DNA of 64,000 nt from Actinomycetota bacterium. GTDB lineage: Bacteria > Actinomycetota > Acidimicrobiia > Acidimicrobiales > Ilumatobacteraceae. Where the stretch lies: positions 629 to 64,628 of the forward strand of contig SYAZ01000015.1 of NCBI GenBank assembly GCA_005788815.1, given 5' to 3'. The translations under genes and the position numbers were made by a program. Positions 47,020-57,410 of this stretch are shown here, one piece after another (positions within the stretch are counted from its first letter, which is position 1; each line of letters opens with the position of its first letter). The notes below the pieces were generated by a model that ran no database searches, was not told where the DNA came from, and worked only from the letters and a program-made list of their open reading frames with translations.

Positions 47020-49430
47020 CAGAAGTTTCGCAACTACCTGAAATTGAATCTTCGTGGGTGCGCACCTACAACGTTGATCGAGATGGCATTGCTGAGAGTT
47101 TTTCGGTTCTTGAAGTCGGACCATTGGAACCGCGCGGAACAATTGTGTGTGTTCATGGCAATCCCACATGGTCATTCATGTGGCGCAATTTTGTTCGCGA
47201 ACTAAGTACACAGTGGCGTGTCATTGCTATCGATCAATTAGGTATGGGTTTTTCGAGTCGGTCAGGAAAGTCACGTACGCTTGCCACACGCATCGAAGAT
47301 CTAGACGCTTTGCTCGCAGCAGCCAAGGTGGATGGGCCTGTCATATTGATGGCACACGACTGGGGTGGACCTGTTGCTATTGGTTGGGCAACACAGCATG
47401 CAGAGCGCGTGGAAAAACTGGTGTTATTTAACACAGGTACTCAGATTCCTACATCGGGAATACCAGGACTCATTCAGGTCTCGAACACTCCAATTTTGCG
47501 CAATGCGATTTGTGCTTGGACTAAAGCATTCATTACTGGCGCTGTGGTTACAACTGGTGGAATCACGCGCAGTATTCGCAAGGCGTATTATGCGCCGTAT
47601 AAATCCTCACGTCGTCGTCGGGCTATCGGGCAGTTTGTTGCAGATATTCCCACTTCTGAAAACCATGTCACTGCACCTGTGCTGCAGGAATTAGCAATTC
47701 GAGCCAGAACACTTGTTGTTCCCACGTTATTGATGTGGGGAGTACGTGATTTTGTCTTTCACACTGGGGTACTGGCTGATGTACAACGCACTTTTCCCCA
47801 CGCCCAGACCATCACGTTAGATACGGGTCATCTTTCGCCCGAACATCAAGACGCACCGCGTTTAGTGCGTGAATGGTTATCGGCATCTGGTGAGCCCACA
47901 ACTGGTGGTCAACCTCGCGGCAGTGCAGATCTCAATGATGCGGTGCGCCGACGAGCCAAAGCAACTCCCGATGCAGTTGCAGTTTTTGATGCCAATGAAA
48001 AAATCACAACCACATGGCGCGAACTCGAGGCACTCATTGTGCATTGTCGTGGACATCTTGTCGATGGTGGTGTGGGTGCTGGCGATCGGGTGGCGATTCT
48101 TGCTCCATTCACAGCCCGAACAATTGCCTTTATATATGCATGTTGGGCCGAAGGGGTTGTTCCTGTTGTGGCAGACCCAGGTTTGGGTATCAGCAACATG
48201 CGACGCGCGCTACGCGAGAGCCGACCTACATTTGTGGTGACTATTCGAGCCACTCGTATCGCAGCACGAGTACTGCATCTTGCGCATCGGGCAAAAAGAC
48301 TTGATCTCACTGCGATGACACAACTAAGTCGGCACACCATCTCTGAATGGAACAGCATTTCTGATTCTGAAATAGCTGCTGTGTTGTATACCTCTGGTGC
48401 CACCGGGCCAGCAAAAGGTGTGGTATACACGCATGGTCAGCTTTGCGCTCTAGCTGCGGCTATTCAAGAACAGTTTTCTATTACGGATGACGACGGTATT
48501 GCGGCTGCGTACATTCCTTTTGCTTTGTACGGGCCTGCATGGGGAGTATCGGTGGGGCTACCGAAGATCAATGTGATCGCTCCGGGGAAACTATCAACAG
48601 AACATTTACGAGAAGCACTCGATGGAGTAAGTGGAACAATTCTTTTTGCAGCTCCGGCACCGTTGCGCAATGTCATTAAAGATGGTGCACGGTTCCCCAA
48701 TGTGCGTTGTGTGATGTCGGCAGGTGCACCAGTGAGTGATGTGTTATTGCGTGAAGTTGCACAATCATTTCCTGATGCAGAACTTTTTAGTCCCTATGGG
48801 ATGACAGAGATGTTAATTATCACTGATGGAATTCGTGATTCTTCAACAAGTAGTCGCGGAGTGCCTGTGGGCCAACCATTGCCTGGTGTTGATGTGGTGG
48901 TGTTCCCATTCGGTTGTGTTTCAACTGATGCTCTAGAGCCAGTTGCCACGGGCGCAACGGGTGAAATTTTTGTGACAGGTCCATGGTTGTCGGTGGGTTA
49001 TGACCAGCATTGGGCACGTAATAGAGAGGCGCGTGTGCAATATGAAGGGCGTGAATGGCATCGCACCGGAGATGTTGGACATGTGCAAGACGGCTTGTTC
49101 GTGGAAGGCCGCATTGCACATGTGATTGATATTGCTGGCACACAAGTGACCCCAGTGCCTATTGAGCAATCAGTCGAGGAGGTCCTCCCTGGCGTCACCG
49201 CAGCAGCAGTGGGCGTGAAAACTGATGGACTCGATGCTCTGGTTGTCGTGTTGTGTGATGGAAGTACGACTGGCGTGGCAGATATTGCAGTACAAAATGC
49301 AGTGCGTGGTATTGCACCACAAGTTGCATCGGTTCTGTACAAGAAAACTCTCCCAGTGGATCGACGCCATAATTCCAAGATTGATCGAACTGCATTGAGT
49401 GCGTGGGCAACTTCCCAATTGGGCAAGTGA
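47013..49430 (+). CDS. oleBC: OleB-OleC fusion: haloalkane-dehalogenase-like alpha/beta hydrolase fused to AMP-dependent synthetase
   Basis: 805 aa. N-terminal VHGNPTWSFMWRNF and AHDWGGPVA; C-terminal AVLYTSGATGPAKGV (AMP-binding), YGMTE, RTGDVG. 7-nt overlap with oleA. Confidence 0.7.
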   Translation: MVTEVSQLPEIESSWVRTYNVDRDGIAESFSVLEVGPLEPRGTIVCVHGNPTWSFMWRNFVRELSTQWRVIAIDQLGMGFSSRSGKSRTLATRIEDLDALLAAAKVDGPVILMAHDWGGPVAIGWATQHAERVEKLVLFNTGTQIPTSGIPGLIQVSNTPILRNAICAWTKAFITGAVVTTGGITRSIRKAYYAPYKSSRRRRAIGQFVADIPTSENHVTAPVLQELAIRARTLVVPTLLMWGVRDFVFHTGVLADVQRTFPHAQTITLDTGHLSPEHQDAPRLVREWLSASGEPTTGGQPRGSADLNDAVRRRAKATPDAVAVFDANEKITTTWRELEALIVHCRGHLVDGGVGAGDRVAILAPFTARTIAFIYACWAEGVVPVVADPGLGISNMRRALRESRPTFVVTIRATRIAARVLHLAHRAKRLDLTAMTQLSRHTISEWNSISDSEIAAVLYTSGATGPAKGVVYTHGQLCALAAAIQEQFSITDDDGIAAAYIPFALYGPAWGVSVGLPKINVIAPGKLSTEHLREALDGVSGTILFAAPAPLRNVIKDGARFPNVRCVMSAGAPVSDVLLREVAQSFPDAELFSPYGMTEMLIITDGIRDSSTSSRGVPVGQPLPGVDVVVFPFGCVSTDALEPVATGATGEIFVTGPWLSVGYDQHWARNREARVQYEGREWHRTGDVGHVQDGLFVEGRIAHVIDIAGTQVTPVPIEQSVEEVLPGVTAAAVGVKTDGLDALVVVLCDGSTTGVADIAVQNAVRGIAPQVASVLYKKTLPVDRRHNSKIDRTALSAWATSQLGK

Positions 49431-50392
49431 TGCGCGTACTTGTTACTGGGGCAACTTCAATGATTGGTGCATGCACAGTGCGAGAGCTGCTGCGACGTGG
49501 TCACGAAGTGCACGTGATGCAGCGTGGTGATTCAGAGCTTCCTGTACAGGTCTTTCGTGGTGATATTCGTGACAGCGATGTAGTGCGCGCCGCAATTCAT
49601 GGATGTGATGTCGTGATTCACGCTGCAGCAAAAGTTGGTTTAGTCGGATCTTTCCAAGAGTTTTTCGCAACCAATGTGACGGGTACTGAAAACGTCATGA
49701 ACGCTGCTGCTGATGCGGGGTGTCGGGGAGTGGTGTACGTCTCTTCTCCTTCGGTCTCTTACAGCACAACTCCAGTAGAGGGTGCAGTTTCTCCTCCAGC
49801 CATCGACGATGTGATGGGGCATTATTCGCGCACCAAATCCATCGCAGAACGCGCCGTGCTCAATGACCATCGCTTACCTACTGTTGCATTGCGTCCTCAT
49901 CTTGTGTGGGGACCAGGTGATGCACAACTTGTTGGGCGCATTGTGGAACGTGCCCAACAAGGTCGTCTTGTACTGGTGAACAACGGCAATGCAGTTGTGG
50001 ACTCCACATATATTGACAATGTGGCTGATGCATTAGTTGCTGCCGCAGAACGCGTCGGTGTACAAGAGAATCTTGATGGCCGAGCACTTGTGGTGAGCAA
50101 TGGTGAGCCACGAACAGTTGCGAGTCTTGTGGAATCCATTTGCACAGCAGCTGGGGTTGCATACGCACCACGATCAGTGAGTTTGCGCGCTGCCGTTGTT
50201 CTTGGAGTCATCATGGAAGCAGTGTTCAAGTTGCGCCCGCGTAGCGAGTCACCACTCACAAAGTTCACTGCCTACCAATTAGGCATCTCACATTGGTTTG
50301 ATATTTCAGAAACCATGGAGTTATTGGAGTGGGCACCTCGCATCAGCCTTGATGAAGGTTTCGCTCGCTTAGCGAACTCTTATGATTCTTGA
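49430..50392 (+). CDS. oleD: OleD-like NAD(P)-dependent 3-beta-HSD/epimerase family reductase
   Basis: MRVLVTGATSMIGACTVRELLRRGHEV (Rossmann) and YSRTKSIAE (YxxxK). TGATG overlap with oleBC. Confidence 0.65.
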   Translation: MRVLVTGATSMIGACTVRELLRRGHEVHVMQRGDSELPVQVFRGDIRDSDVVRAAIHGCDVVIHAAAKVGLVGSFQEFFATNVTGTENVMNAAADAGCRGVVYVSSPSVSYSTTPVEGAVSPPAIDDVMGHYSRTKSIAERAVLNDHRLPTVALRPHLVWGPGDAQLVGRIVERAQQGRLVLVNNGNAVVDSTYIDNVADALVAAAERVGVQENLDGRALVVSNGEPRTVASLVESICTAAGVAYAPRSVSLRAAVVLGVIMEAVFKLRPRSESPLTKFTAYQLGISHWFDISETMELLEWAPRISLDEGFARLANSYDS

Positions 50393-50424
50393 TCGTTCGT
50401 GGGTTTGTCGCCTTTAGCGGCGAA

Positions 50425-50571
50425 CTACACACCCTGTGAGCGACAAGCGTCGCTGCACCAACGAACGTTCTCCCAATCCCGCTCCCACTTTTTGCGCCAC
50501 TCAAATGGTCGACCACAGGCTGCACAAATTTTCGGTTTGTGACCATTCTTGGTTTTCGCAACACGAGCCAT
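50425..50571 (-). CDS. DUF2256-like small zinc-binding protein (48 aa)
   Basis: My own translation gives [48 protein letters not shown]. The C..CGRPF.WRKKW...W..V.WCS..CR pattern matches my recollection of DUF2256. Below the ORF-track cutoff. Confidence 0.65.
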   Translation of the reverse strand: MARVAKTKNGHKPKICAACGRPFEWRKKWERDWENVRWCSDACRSQGV

Positions 50572-50716
50572 AGGAAAAATATAGAGCCAGTGAGGAGCTT
50601 CGAGAAGCGCGCTCCGAAAGCCCTCAAATCTGTCCGAAATGGGCTGTAGCCCTGCGACCTTGCTATCGGAATGAAAGTTTCTGGTTTGGGTGAACTATCA
50701 TGAAAAACGGATGTAT

Positions 50717-50768
50717 TCGGCTCCCTCAGCGAGTTTCGCTCTGGGTTTCGTTCCTTCCGCGCCTTTAG
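50717..50768 (+). repeat. copy A of an imperfect ~50-nt direct repeat (paralogue of the tRNA-Lys leader plus its first 10 nt)
   Basis: tcggctccctcagcgagtttcgctctgggtttcgttccttccgcgcctttag aligns by eye with 52462-52514 at roughly four fifths identity with one 2-nt gap. Similarity stops after gcgcctttag. Confidence 0.8.
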
Positions 50769-50959
50769 GAGGCGGAGCGAAAGTCCGCAGACCTTGTGTG
50801 ACAGCACCAAGGGATTTCGCCAGTTACGCGTTTCGTCGATTTCAGTTACGGACGAACGACCTCGACATTACGTTCGCAATTAAGTGTTTTTTGTGGCAAC
50901 GGATTCTTAATCAGGATAAATGCTTTGCAAGGTACTCTGCATAGTGTTATAGTTCAGGT

Positions 50960-51316
50960 GTGAGGGAAACCACCGAAAAAAGTCAGCTTTTAAAGGGTGT
51001 TCTTGACCTACTTGTATTGGCGGCGCTGAGCGAGGGCGATGGATACGGATATGACGTCGTCCGCCGCCTTCGAGATGGTGGGCTACAAGAGGTGGCCGAG
51101 GCGTCGGTATATGGCACGCTCCGCCGTTTATTTTCCGATGGGTTTCTCTCTAGTTACGTCGTCCCGTCCGATGAGGGCCCTCACCGTAAGTACTACGCGA
51201 TCACAAATCGTGGCAACGAACATCTCGTAAAACTCTCAACAAGTTGGAACGAGTTTTCCGATGCAGTTCAGCAAATTCTCATGTCACGGTCAAAGCAACA
51301 GAAGAAAGAGATGTAG
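50960..51316 (+). CDS. PadR family transcriptional regulator
   Basis: LLKGVLDLLVLAALSEGDGYGYDVVRRL ... ASVYGTLRRL ... RKYYAITNRG. GTG start. Confidence 0.9.
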   Translation: MRETTEKSQLLKGVLDLLVLAALSEGDGYGYDVVRRLRDGGLQEVAEASVYGTLRRLFSDGFLSSYVVPSDEGPHRKYYAITNRGNEHLVKLSTSWNEFSDAVQQILMSRSKQQKKEM

Positions 51317-51320
51317 AGCC

Positions 51321-52418
51321 ATGAATAACGAAGAAAATTCGATTCGTGAAATCACACGATTTGTTACCGAAGTTCGCGCATTGCTTCAACATCTTGAGTC
51401 AGAACTTGTTACTGAATTGACTAGTGATCTTGAAGCAAATATTTCGTTGTCTGTTGCTGATGGTGAGCAGATTCCCAATGCACATGATTATGTGCAAGAA
51501 CTTCTCAGCGCAGCGGGTCTTGAAGTTCCATCGATACATAAAAGATCGCGGTATTCACTTCTTGAGAGGCGGGTGGCCCAACAACTTCGGGGGCTTGCTC
51601 CGATGTGGTGGCTCTTGCGTGCGTTTATCGCGGTGGTAGTGGTATCTGCAATCAGTGGAGGTATCAGTACTTCTCGTATCTCTCGGTTTCCATTGCTTCG
51701 CGTATTAGGAAGTCCATGGACAGGGTTCGTTCTGTTTGTTTTATTGCTCTGGGGATCGGTGTATCTCGGTCGAAAGCAGATGCCCAAGCGCTCGAGAACA
51801 TACGAGATTCTTGGAGGTATTTTTATTGTCTTAGGAATTGCGTTGACGTATCTCGTCGCCGACAGAAATTATGAACAGTCACATGACTGGCTTTCTCGAC
51901 GAGATGAATTTTGTACATCAGTCAATTCAAATTGGCGATCTGATGCAGTTGAGGATCTGCCAAATTTTACTCAACTGCCAAATGTGGTGGGGATGGTGGC
52001 GCCAGAAGCGGAGGATGTCATCTTTAATTGGAGTGACGGCAGAGTAGGAATGCTGCTTACCCAAGACGGTGGCGGACCATTGCCTGATTATGAAAGTGCT
52101 TTGGTTAGTCGCCAAGGTTCGCCACAAATGCAATTTGGAATGTGTGGCTCCTCAATTTTTGTTCCGGTCTGGATTGAGCGAGGGCGAGACGTAAGTTCAC
52201 AAACATCGGTACCACAGCAGATTCCATTGGTTCCAACATCTTTGCCCGCTGAAGAGCAGATGTATGTCATCCAAGAAGGCGATTCACCTCGGAGTATCGC
52301 CGATCAATTCGATATTTCGGTAGCTGAACTACTTGAGTTCAACGGCTGGAAAACTGAGGCACAGTTTCCCTATCCGGGATCAGAAATCAGGATTCCTCGC
52401 ACTACCAGTGACAACTGA
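51321..52418 (+). CDS. membrane protein with PadR-associated N-terminal helical region and C-terminal LysM domain
   Basis: ATG lies 5 nt after the PadR stop. The N-terminus reads like DUF1700-type partners of PadR, followed by 3-4 TM helices. C-terminal YVIQEGDSPRSIADQFDISVAELLEFNGW is LysM. Confidence 0.65.
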   Translation: MNNEENSIREITRFVTEVRALLQHLESELVTELTSDLEANISLSVADGEQIPNAHDYVQELLSAAGLEVPSIHKRSRYSLLERRVAQQLRGLAPMWWLLRAFIAVVVVSAISGGISTSRISRFPLLRVLGSPWTGFVLFVLLLWGSVYLGRKQMPKRSRTYEILGGIFIVLGIALTYLVADRNYEQSHDWLSRRDEFCTSVNSNWRSDAVEDLPNFTQLPNVVGMVAPEAEDVIFNWSDGRVGMLLTQDGGGPLPDYESALVSRQGSPQMQFGMCGSSIFVPVWIERGRDVSSQTSVPQQIPLVPTSLPAEEQMYVIQEGDSPRSIADQFDISVAELLEFNGWKTEAQFPYPGSEIRIPRTTSDN

Positions 52419-52461
52419 GGTGTTTTGCCAAGCGGGTACTAGCCTTACTAACGCGTTGGTT

Positions 52462-52577
<116 letters not shown>

Positions 52578-52673
52578 CTGAGTATTGAAAACTGCCAGAT
52601 TTAACCTGAGCAACCTTGAGCAACCTCATCAGATGCACTAATTTTCTGTGTAGTTCGTCTTTTGAGGAGTTCC

Positions 52674-54332
52674 ATGAAACACATCACACGCACCCTTGCT
52701 CTCGCCGGCTTATTGGTAGTGACGTCATTGCCAGCGATGTCTGGTATCGCACAAGCAGCCGCGACTGTGACCATCACGGGAAAGACACCAACTAACTACA
52801 CCGTTTTAATGGTGGGCAAAAATGGAAACTCCACTGCTGTAAAAGGCGGGAAATTCAAACTAAAGGTATCTGCAAGTACTGCAAAGGGCGCGTCGTTGCA
52901 TCTTGTGTCATCTAATGGCACCTATTCAGGTCCAGTTGTTCTGAAATATGACAAGAAGAAAAAATCGGGAAATACATTGTTGTCTGGAAAATCCGGTGAT
53001 GTCGGATCCATTGCGATGAAGACGGGTTACTCAGTTGCAGCTGCGAAGAAGACCACCGCAATCTCAACATCCACAAAGATTCCTGTCTCTACTGCTGGAA
53101 AGCCAAGTGGTGCCGGTCGAATGGGAATTCCAACTTCAACGCAGGCAAAAGCAGTCCGAACATTTGGAGTGTCGAAGTGGGCTGATGGAGATGCACCTAA
53201 CGGAGCCGACACTGACAAAGACGGCTTACCCAACACCCTTGATATCGATGACGATAACGACGGAAAAATAGACTTAGTTGATGACAGCAATCCATCTAAA
53301 GCAATTACTACAGGTTCTCTGCTTTTCTTGGACATCTCAAAAACAATTAATTTGCATGCAGGTATGAACGAGACCTCTATGCAAGCTGCAATTGATTCAA
53401 TTTTCAAGTCGAACAACAATTTTTGGCTCGGACTTGGCCTCAACACAGGATCTCAAGAAGCACCAGATGGAATTCACATTTCATGTGCAGCCGATGTGTT
53501 GTGGTGTGCACCAAGCTCACCTGCAACGTTATTTGGTACCGGTACAAACGGTGCTGCTGAGAAGTGGGTTGATAAGAAAGCTGACGGCTTCGGATTATCG
53601 TTGCCTAAAGGCAACGGTCCAAACTGTGACACAACAAGTTCACCAATGCTTGGTGGAATGTGTGGTGGTCCAAGCACAAACTTCAACCGTCAATTCATCC
53701 CACAACTTCCTAGCGCCGACGTAAAGCCTGGAAGTTTGTTCACAATGAATTTCACGAAAGGAGGCTCGATAGCTAAGAGTGTGGCTGGCAGTCTTTCGCC
53801 CTATTTTGCAAGTGTTCCTGCGTTAAAGGAGATCACTGCTGGTGGTCAAGTGAAAAACATTGACTATTCATTAAAGGCAGTAAATGGCAGTGGCGGAGCA
53901 TCGGGCACGCAAGGTAACCCAATTGTTGTACCCGCTAGCAATAAGACAATCACACTGACCTTCTGGCGTCCTCAGAGGTCAGGAGTGGATGTTGCGGGTG
54001 AAGGCAAATACGTTGACATGGGAAGCCTTCGATACGGCTTCTATGTCGGAGTTAATCGAATCTGTGATTCAGGTGCAATGACGCCCGTGTCGTCCACTCT
54101 CCTGAGCAGTGCGGGTAGTCAAGAGTTTGCGCACACGCCACTGCTTGACACAGCCAAGGATTCGATTCCTAACGCAAGCAACACCTTATCGTTCACTGTC
54201 GATCTTTCGAAATGTGAAGGTGGAACAGCTCCCACCATTGGTTCATCTGCGCAGATGGTGACACTGATTGCATCGTCACCTGGAAATGCGGGAATTAAGG
54301 CCTACCAAGACTTCTACGTCAAAGTGCAGTGA
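52674..54332 (+). CDS. secreted hypothetical protein with Asp-rich calcium-binding (thrombospondin type-3-like) repeat
   Basis: GAGGAG lies 4 nt upstream of the ATG. Signal peptide MKHITRTLALAGLLVVTSLPAMSGIAQAAA. DTDKDGLPNTLDIDDDNDGKIDLVDD. The rest is unassigned. Confidence 0.6.
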   Translation: MKHITRTLALAGLLVVTSLPAMSGIAQAAATVTITGKTPTNYTVLMVGKNGNSTAVKGGKFKLKVSASTAKGASLHLVSSNGTYSGPVVLKYDKKKKSGNTLLSGKSGDVGSIAMKTGYSVAAAKKTTAISTSTKIPVSTAGKPSGAGRMGIPTSTQAKAVRTFGVSKWADGDAPNGADTDKDGLPNTLDIDDDNDGKIDLVDDSNPSKAITTGSLLFLDISKTINLHAGMNETSMQAAIDSIFKSNNNFWLGLGLNTGSQEAPDGIHISCAADVLWCAPSSPATLFGTGTNGAAEKWVDKKADGFGLSLPKGNGPNCDTTSSPMLGGMCGGPSTNFNRQFIPQLPSADVKPGSLFTMNFTKGGSIAKSVAGSLSPYFASVPALKEITAGGQVKNIDYSLKAVNGSGGASGTQGNPIVVPASNKTITLTFWRPQRSGVDVAGEGKYVDMGSLRYGFYVGVNRICDSGAMTPVSSTLLSSAGSQEFAHTPLLDTAKDSIPNASNTLSFTVDLSKCEGGTAPTIGSSAQMVTLIASSPGNAGIKAYQDFYVKVQ

Positions 54333-54378
54333 CCAGCCCTCGGGGCGTACTCTGTAAGTAAACGCAGGGAGGCTGGGC

Positions 54379-55149
54379 ATGCAACAACTGATTCGCTCAC
54401 ATCGTGTTGGTGACATAGTCACACTCACGTTGAGTAACCCAGCAAAACGTAATGCGTTGTCGCTCGATGTGTTGCTTGCTCTGACAACCGCTTTTGATGA
54501 CATTGGTCGCTCTGATGCACGTGGAGTCATTCTTGCTGCCGAAGGTCCAGTGTTTTCTGCCGGCCATAACTTCAGCGAAATGAAGGGTGCGTCTGAAGCT
54601 GATGCACTTCACCTATTTACTGTGTGTTCGCAATTGATGCAGACCATGCATTCCATTCCTCAACCGATAGTTGCGCGTGTACATGCATTGGCAACTGCAG
54701 CAGGATGTCAATTAGTTGCCACGTGTGATCTAGCCGTCGCTTCAGAATCTGCGGGTTTTGCAATTCCTGGCGGCAAAGGCGGACTGTTCTGTCACACACC
54801 CCTGGTAGCCGTTGCACGGTCACTACCACCAAAACGTGCATTAGAAATGGCGATGACAGGTGATGTCATCAGCGCTCAGACTGCATTGGAGTGGGGACTC
54901 ATTAATGAAGTTGTTGCTGATGACGAACTCGAGGTAGCAACACTTGCTCTTATAGAACGTGCGTGTAGGGGTTCTCGTGAAAGCAAAGGCATTGGCAAGA
55001 TGGCCTACTACCGACAAATAAGAATGAATGAATCAGACGCCTATGCATTTGCTTCAGCAGTAATGGCCGAAGCTGTTGTGTCAGAAGTGGCACAAGAAGG
55101 AATTAATGCATTCCTTGAGAAGCGTCCACCAGATTTTGGTGGTAGGTAG
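54379..55149 (+). CDS. enoyl-CoA hydratase/isomerase (crotonase) family protein
   Basis: [19 protein letters not shown] and [17 protein letters not shown]. Confidence 0.85.
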   Translation: MQQLIRSHRVGDIVTLTLSNPAKRNALSLDVLLALTTAFDDIGRSDARGVILAAEGPVFSAGHNFSEMKGASEADALHLFTVCSQLMQTMHSIPQPIVARVHALATAAGCQLVATCDLAVASESAGFAIPGGKGGLFCHTPLVAVARSLPPKRALEMAMTGDVISAQTALEWGLINEVVADDELEVATLALIERACRGSRESKGIGKMAYYRQIRMNESDAYAFASAVMAEAVVSEVAQEGINAFLEKRPPDFGGR

Positions 55150-55154
55150 TAGTT

Positions 55155-57398
55155 ATGAGTCTTGTGGTTCCCCCAGCATCAATCGTCGAGGTTGAACTTG
55201 CTGTACAAGGGATGACTTGTGGCGCCTGTGCCGCAAAGATTGAGAAAGAACTCAATCACATACCCGGTATTGAAGCAGCCGTGAATTATGCAACGGAAAC
55301 TGCAATGGTTGCGTACGACGGCGACTCTGTGTCTCAGTTGGCAGTCATCTCTGCCATTACCAAGATTGGCTACTCAGCGCACGTGCTTGATGATCAACCA
55401 TTCGATGACGATCTTGAAGCCCGTTTGCGTTCTGCACTTATCCGCTTAATAATTTCCATCGTATTCACAGTTCCGGTTGTGCTCATTTCTATGGTGATGC
55501 CATGGCAATTCCATAATTGGCAGTGGTGGGCGATGGTTCTGTCCGCCCCGGTAGTCACTTGGGGAGCATGGCCATTTCATAAAGCGGCAGTGAAAAATGC
55601 GTTGCACGGCACAACCACAATGGACACACTCATCAGTGTTGGAGTTATTGCTGCAACAGCATGGAGTGTGTGGGCTGTTGTTTGGGGCGACGCAATCATG
55701 TCTTCTGCTCACAACGGAATGACAATGGACCAGAGCAGTTCCTCGCATGTCTATTTCGAAGTTGGTGCAACTGTTACCGCATTCATTCTCATCGGGCGCT
55801 ATTTAGAAATGCGTGCAAAGCATTCAGCAGGCGATGCGCTTCGGTCATTGCTTGCTCTTGGCGCCAAATACGCCACAGTCCTGCGTGATGGCGAAGAGGT
55901 ATCTATTCCTGCTTCAGTGGTTCGCGAAGGCGACATAGTGGTTGTGAGGCCTGGTGAGAAAATTGCGGCAGACGGCGTAGTGACAGACGGTTCATCCAGT
56001 GTGGACATGAGCATGGTTACCGGCGAGAGTGTCCCTGTTGATGTCACTGCGGGAGACGCAGTTACATCGGCCACAGTGAACATGAATGGCCGACTATTGG
56101 TGCGCGCAACACGAGTAGGCGCCGAAACAACTTTTGCGCGTATGGCCAAACTTGTGCGCGATGCACAAGCAACGAAAGCACCTGTGCAAAGGTTCGCAGA
56201 CAAAGTCAGCAGTGTGTTTGTCCCCGTGGTTTTTGCTATTAGTGCTGGAACATTTGGTGTTTGGATGTATTTGGACGGTGACATCGCAAAAGCATTTACA
56301 GCAGCAGTTGCAGTGCTTATCATCGCTTGCCCGTGCGCACTTGGCTTAGCCACACCCACTGCACTCATGGTGGGAAGTGGACGTGCTGCTCAGATGGGAA
56401 TTGTGATCAAAGGTATCGATGTTCTACAAAGCACACGGCGCATTGACACAGTTGTTCTTGATAAAACCGGAACTGTTACGACTGGTGTGATGTCGTTAGT
56501 TGATGTTGTCTGCGTTGATGGCGTGACACGCAATGATGCTCTCACGTTTGCAGGTGCCGTAGAGAAAAGCAGTGAGCATCCCATCGCGCGAGCAATTGTG
56601 CGCACCGCGGAAGAAGAAGTAGGCACGCTGCCTGCTTTAGATGATTTTGAATCGTTGCCCGGCGTCGGCGCTACCGGGCGCATTGGCGGAACCATTGTCG
56701 CGGTTGGTCGTGAAGAAATGTTTCGGGAGCGGTTAGTGATTTTGCCGAAGATGATTCGTGAGGCATTAGCAACATCTAGAGAAGATGGCCACACCGCCGT
56801 CATAGTGACATGGGACGGACAAGCAAAGGCTGTGTTGGCACTTGCTGATCAGCCGAAGCCAACAAGTGCCGAAGCTATTGCTTCATTGAAACTGATGGGG
56901 CTCGCACCCATCTTGTTAACAGGTGATAACCCCACTACTGCTCGTGCGATTGCTGAATCAGTTGGTATCGATACTGATGAGCATCATTTGTATGCGGGTG
57001 TTATGCCTGAGGACAAAGTTGCGGTGGTGCGTGATTTGCAAGAACGTGGATACGCCGTGGCAATGGTTGGTGATGGTGTCAATGATGCTGCCGCTCTTGC
57101 TCAGGCTGACGTAGGTATTGCGATGGGTGGCGGCACAGATGTTGCAATGCAAGCTAGCGACCTCACTATTGTTAATGGAGATTTACGGTCGGTACCAGAT
57201 GCAATTCGGCTCTCGCGGGCAACATTGCGCACCATTCGCACCAATGTGTTTTGGGCATTTGCGTACAACGTCGCAGCAATTCCTTTGGCTGCTTCTGGTC
57301 GTCTAAACCCAATGTGGGCTGGCCTTGCAATGGCTTCCTCCTCAGTTTTTGTAGTCACCAATAGTTTGCGACTTCGTCGCGTGAAGTTGCATCGGTAA
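55155..57398 (+). CDS. copA: copper-translocating P1B-type ATPase
   Basis: N-terminal [20 protein letters not shown]6 [10 protein letters not shown], phosphorylation site [17 protein letters not shown]. Confidence 0.95.
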   Translation: MSLVVPPASIVEVELAVQGMTCGACAAKIEKELNHIPGIEAAVNYATETAMVAYDGDSVSQLAVISAITKIGYSAHVLDDQPFDDDLEARLRSALIRLIISIVFTVPVVLISMVMPWQFHNWQWWAMVLSAPVVTWGAWPFHKAAVKNALHGTTTMDTLISVGVIAATAWSVWAVVWGDAIMSSAHNGMTMDQSSSSHVYFEVGATVTAFILIGRYLEMRAKHSAGDALRSLLALGAKYATVLRDGEEVSIPASVVREGDIVVVRPGEKIAADGVVTDGSSSVDMSMVTGESVPVDVTAGDAVTSATVNMNGRLLVRATRVGAETTFARMAKLVRDAQATKAPVQRFADKVSSVFVPVVFAISAGTFGVWMYLDGDIAKAFTAAVAVLIIACPCALGLATPTALMVGSGRAAQMGIVIKGIDVLQSTRRIDTVVLDKTGTVTTGVMSLVDVVCVDGVTRNDALTFAGAVEKSSEHPIARAIVRTAEEEVGTLPALDDFESLPGVGATGRIGGTIVAVGREEMFRERLVILPKMIREALATSREDGHTAVIVTWDGQAKAVLALADQPKPTSAEAIASLKLMGLAPILLTGDNPTTARAIAESVGIDTDEHHLYAGVMPEDKVAVVRDLQERGYAVAMVGDGVNDAAALAQADVGIAMGGGTDVAMQASDLTIVNGDLRSVPDAIRLSRATLRTIRTNVFWAFAYNVAAIPLAASGRLNPMWAGLAMASSSVFVVTNSLRLRRVKLHR

Positions 57399-57410
57399 CT
57401 TTTCGAACCA

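Noticed and set aside
50343-50810. 155-aa minus-strand ORF spanning the oleD 3' end, the DUF2256 region and the repeat-containing intergenic stretch
   Set aside because: It overlaps the well-supported oleD 3' end. It is in a different frame from the motif-rich DUF2256 ORF and has Ser/Arg/Pro-rich random-looking composition with no start context. I treat it as a chance ORF.
52607-52626. CRISPR-like or tandem-repeat array (CCTGAGCAAC CTTGAGCAAC) and the 19-bp duplication at 24332-24369
   Set aside because: There are only two units, they are contiguous without spacers, and no cas genes are present. This is not a CRISPR array.
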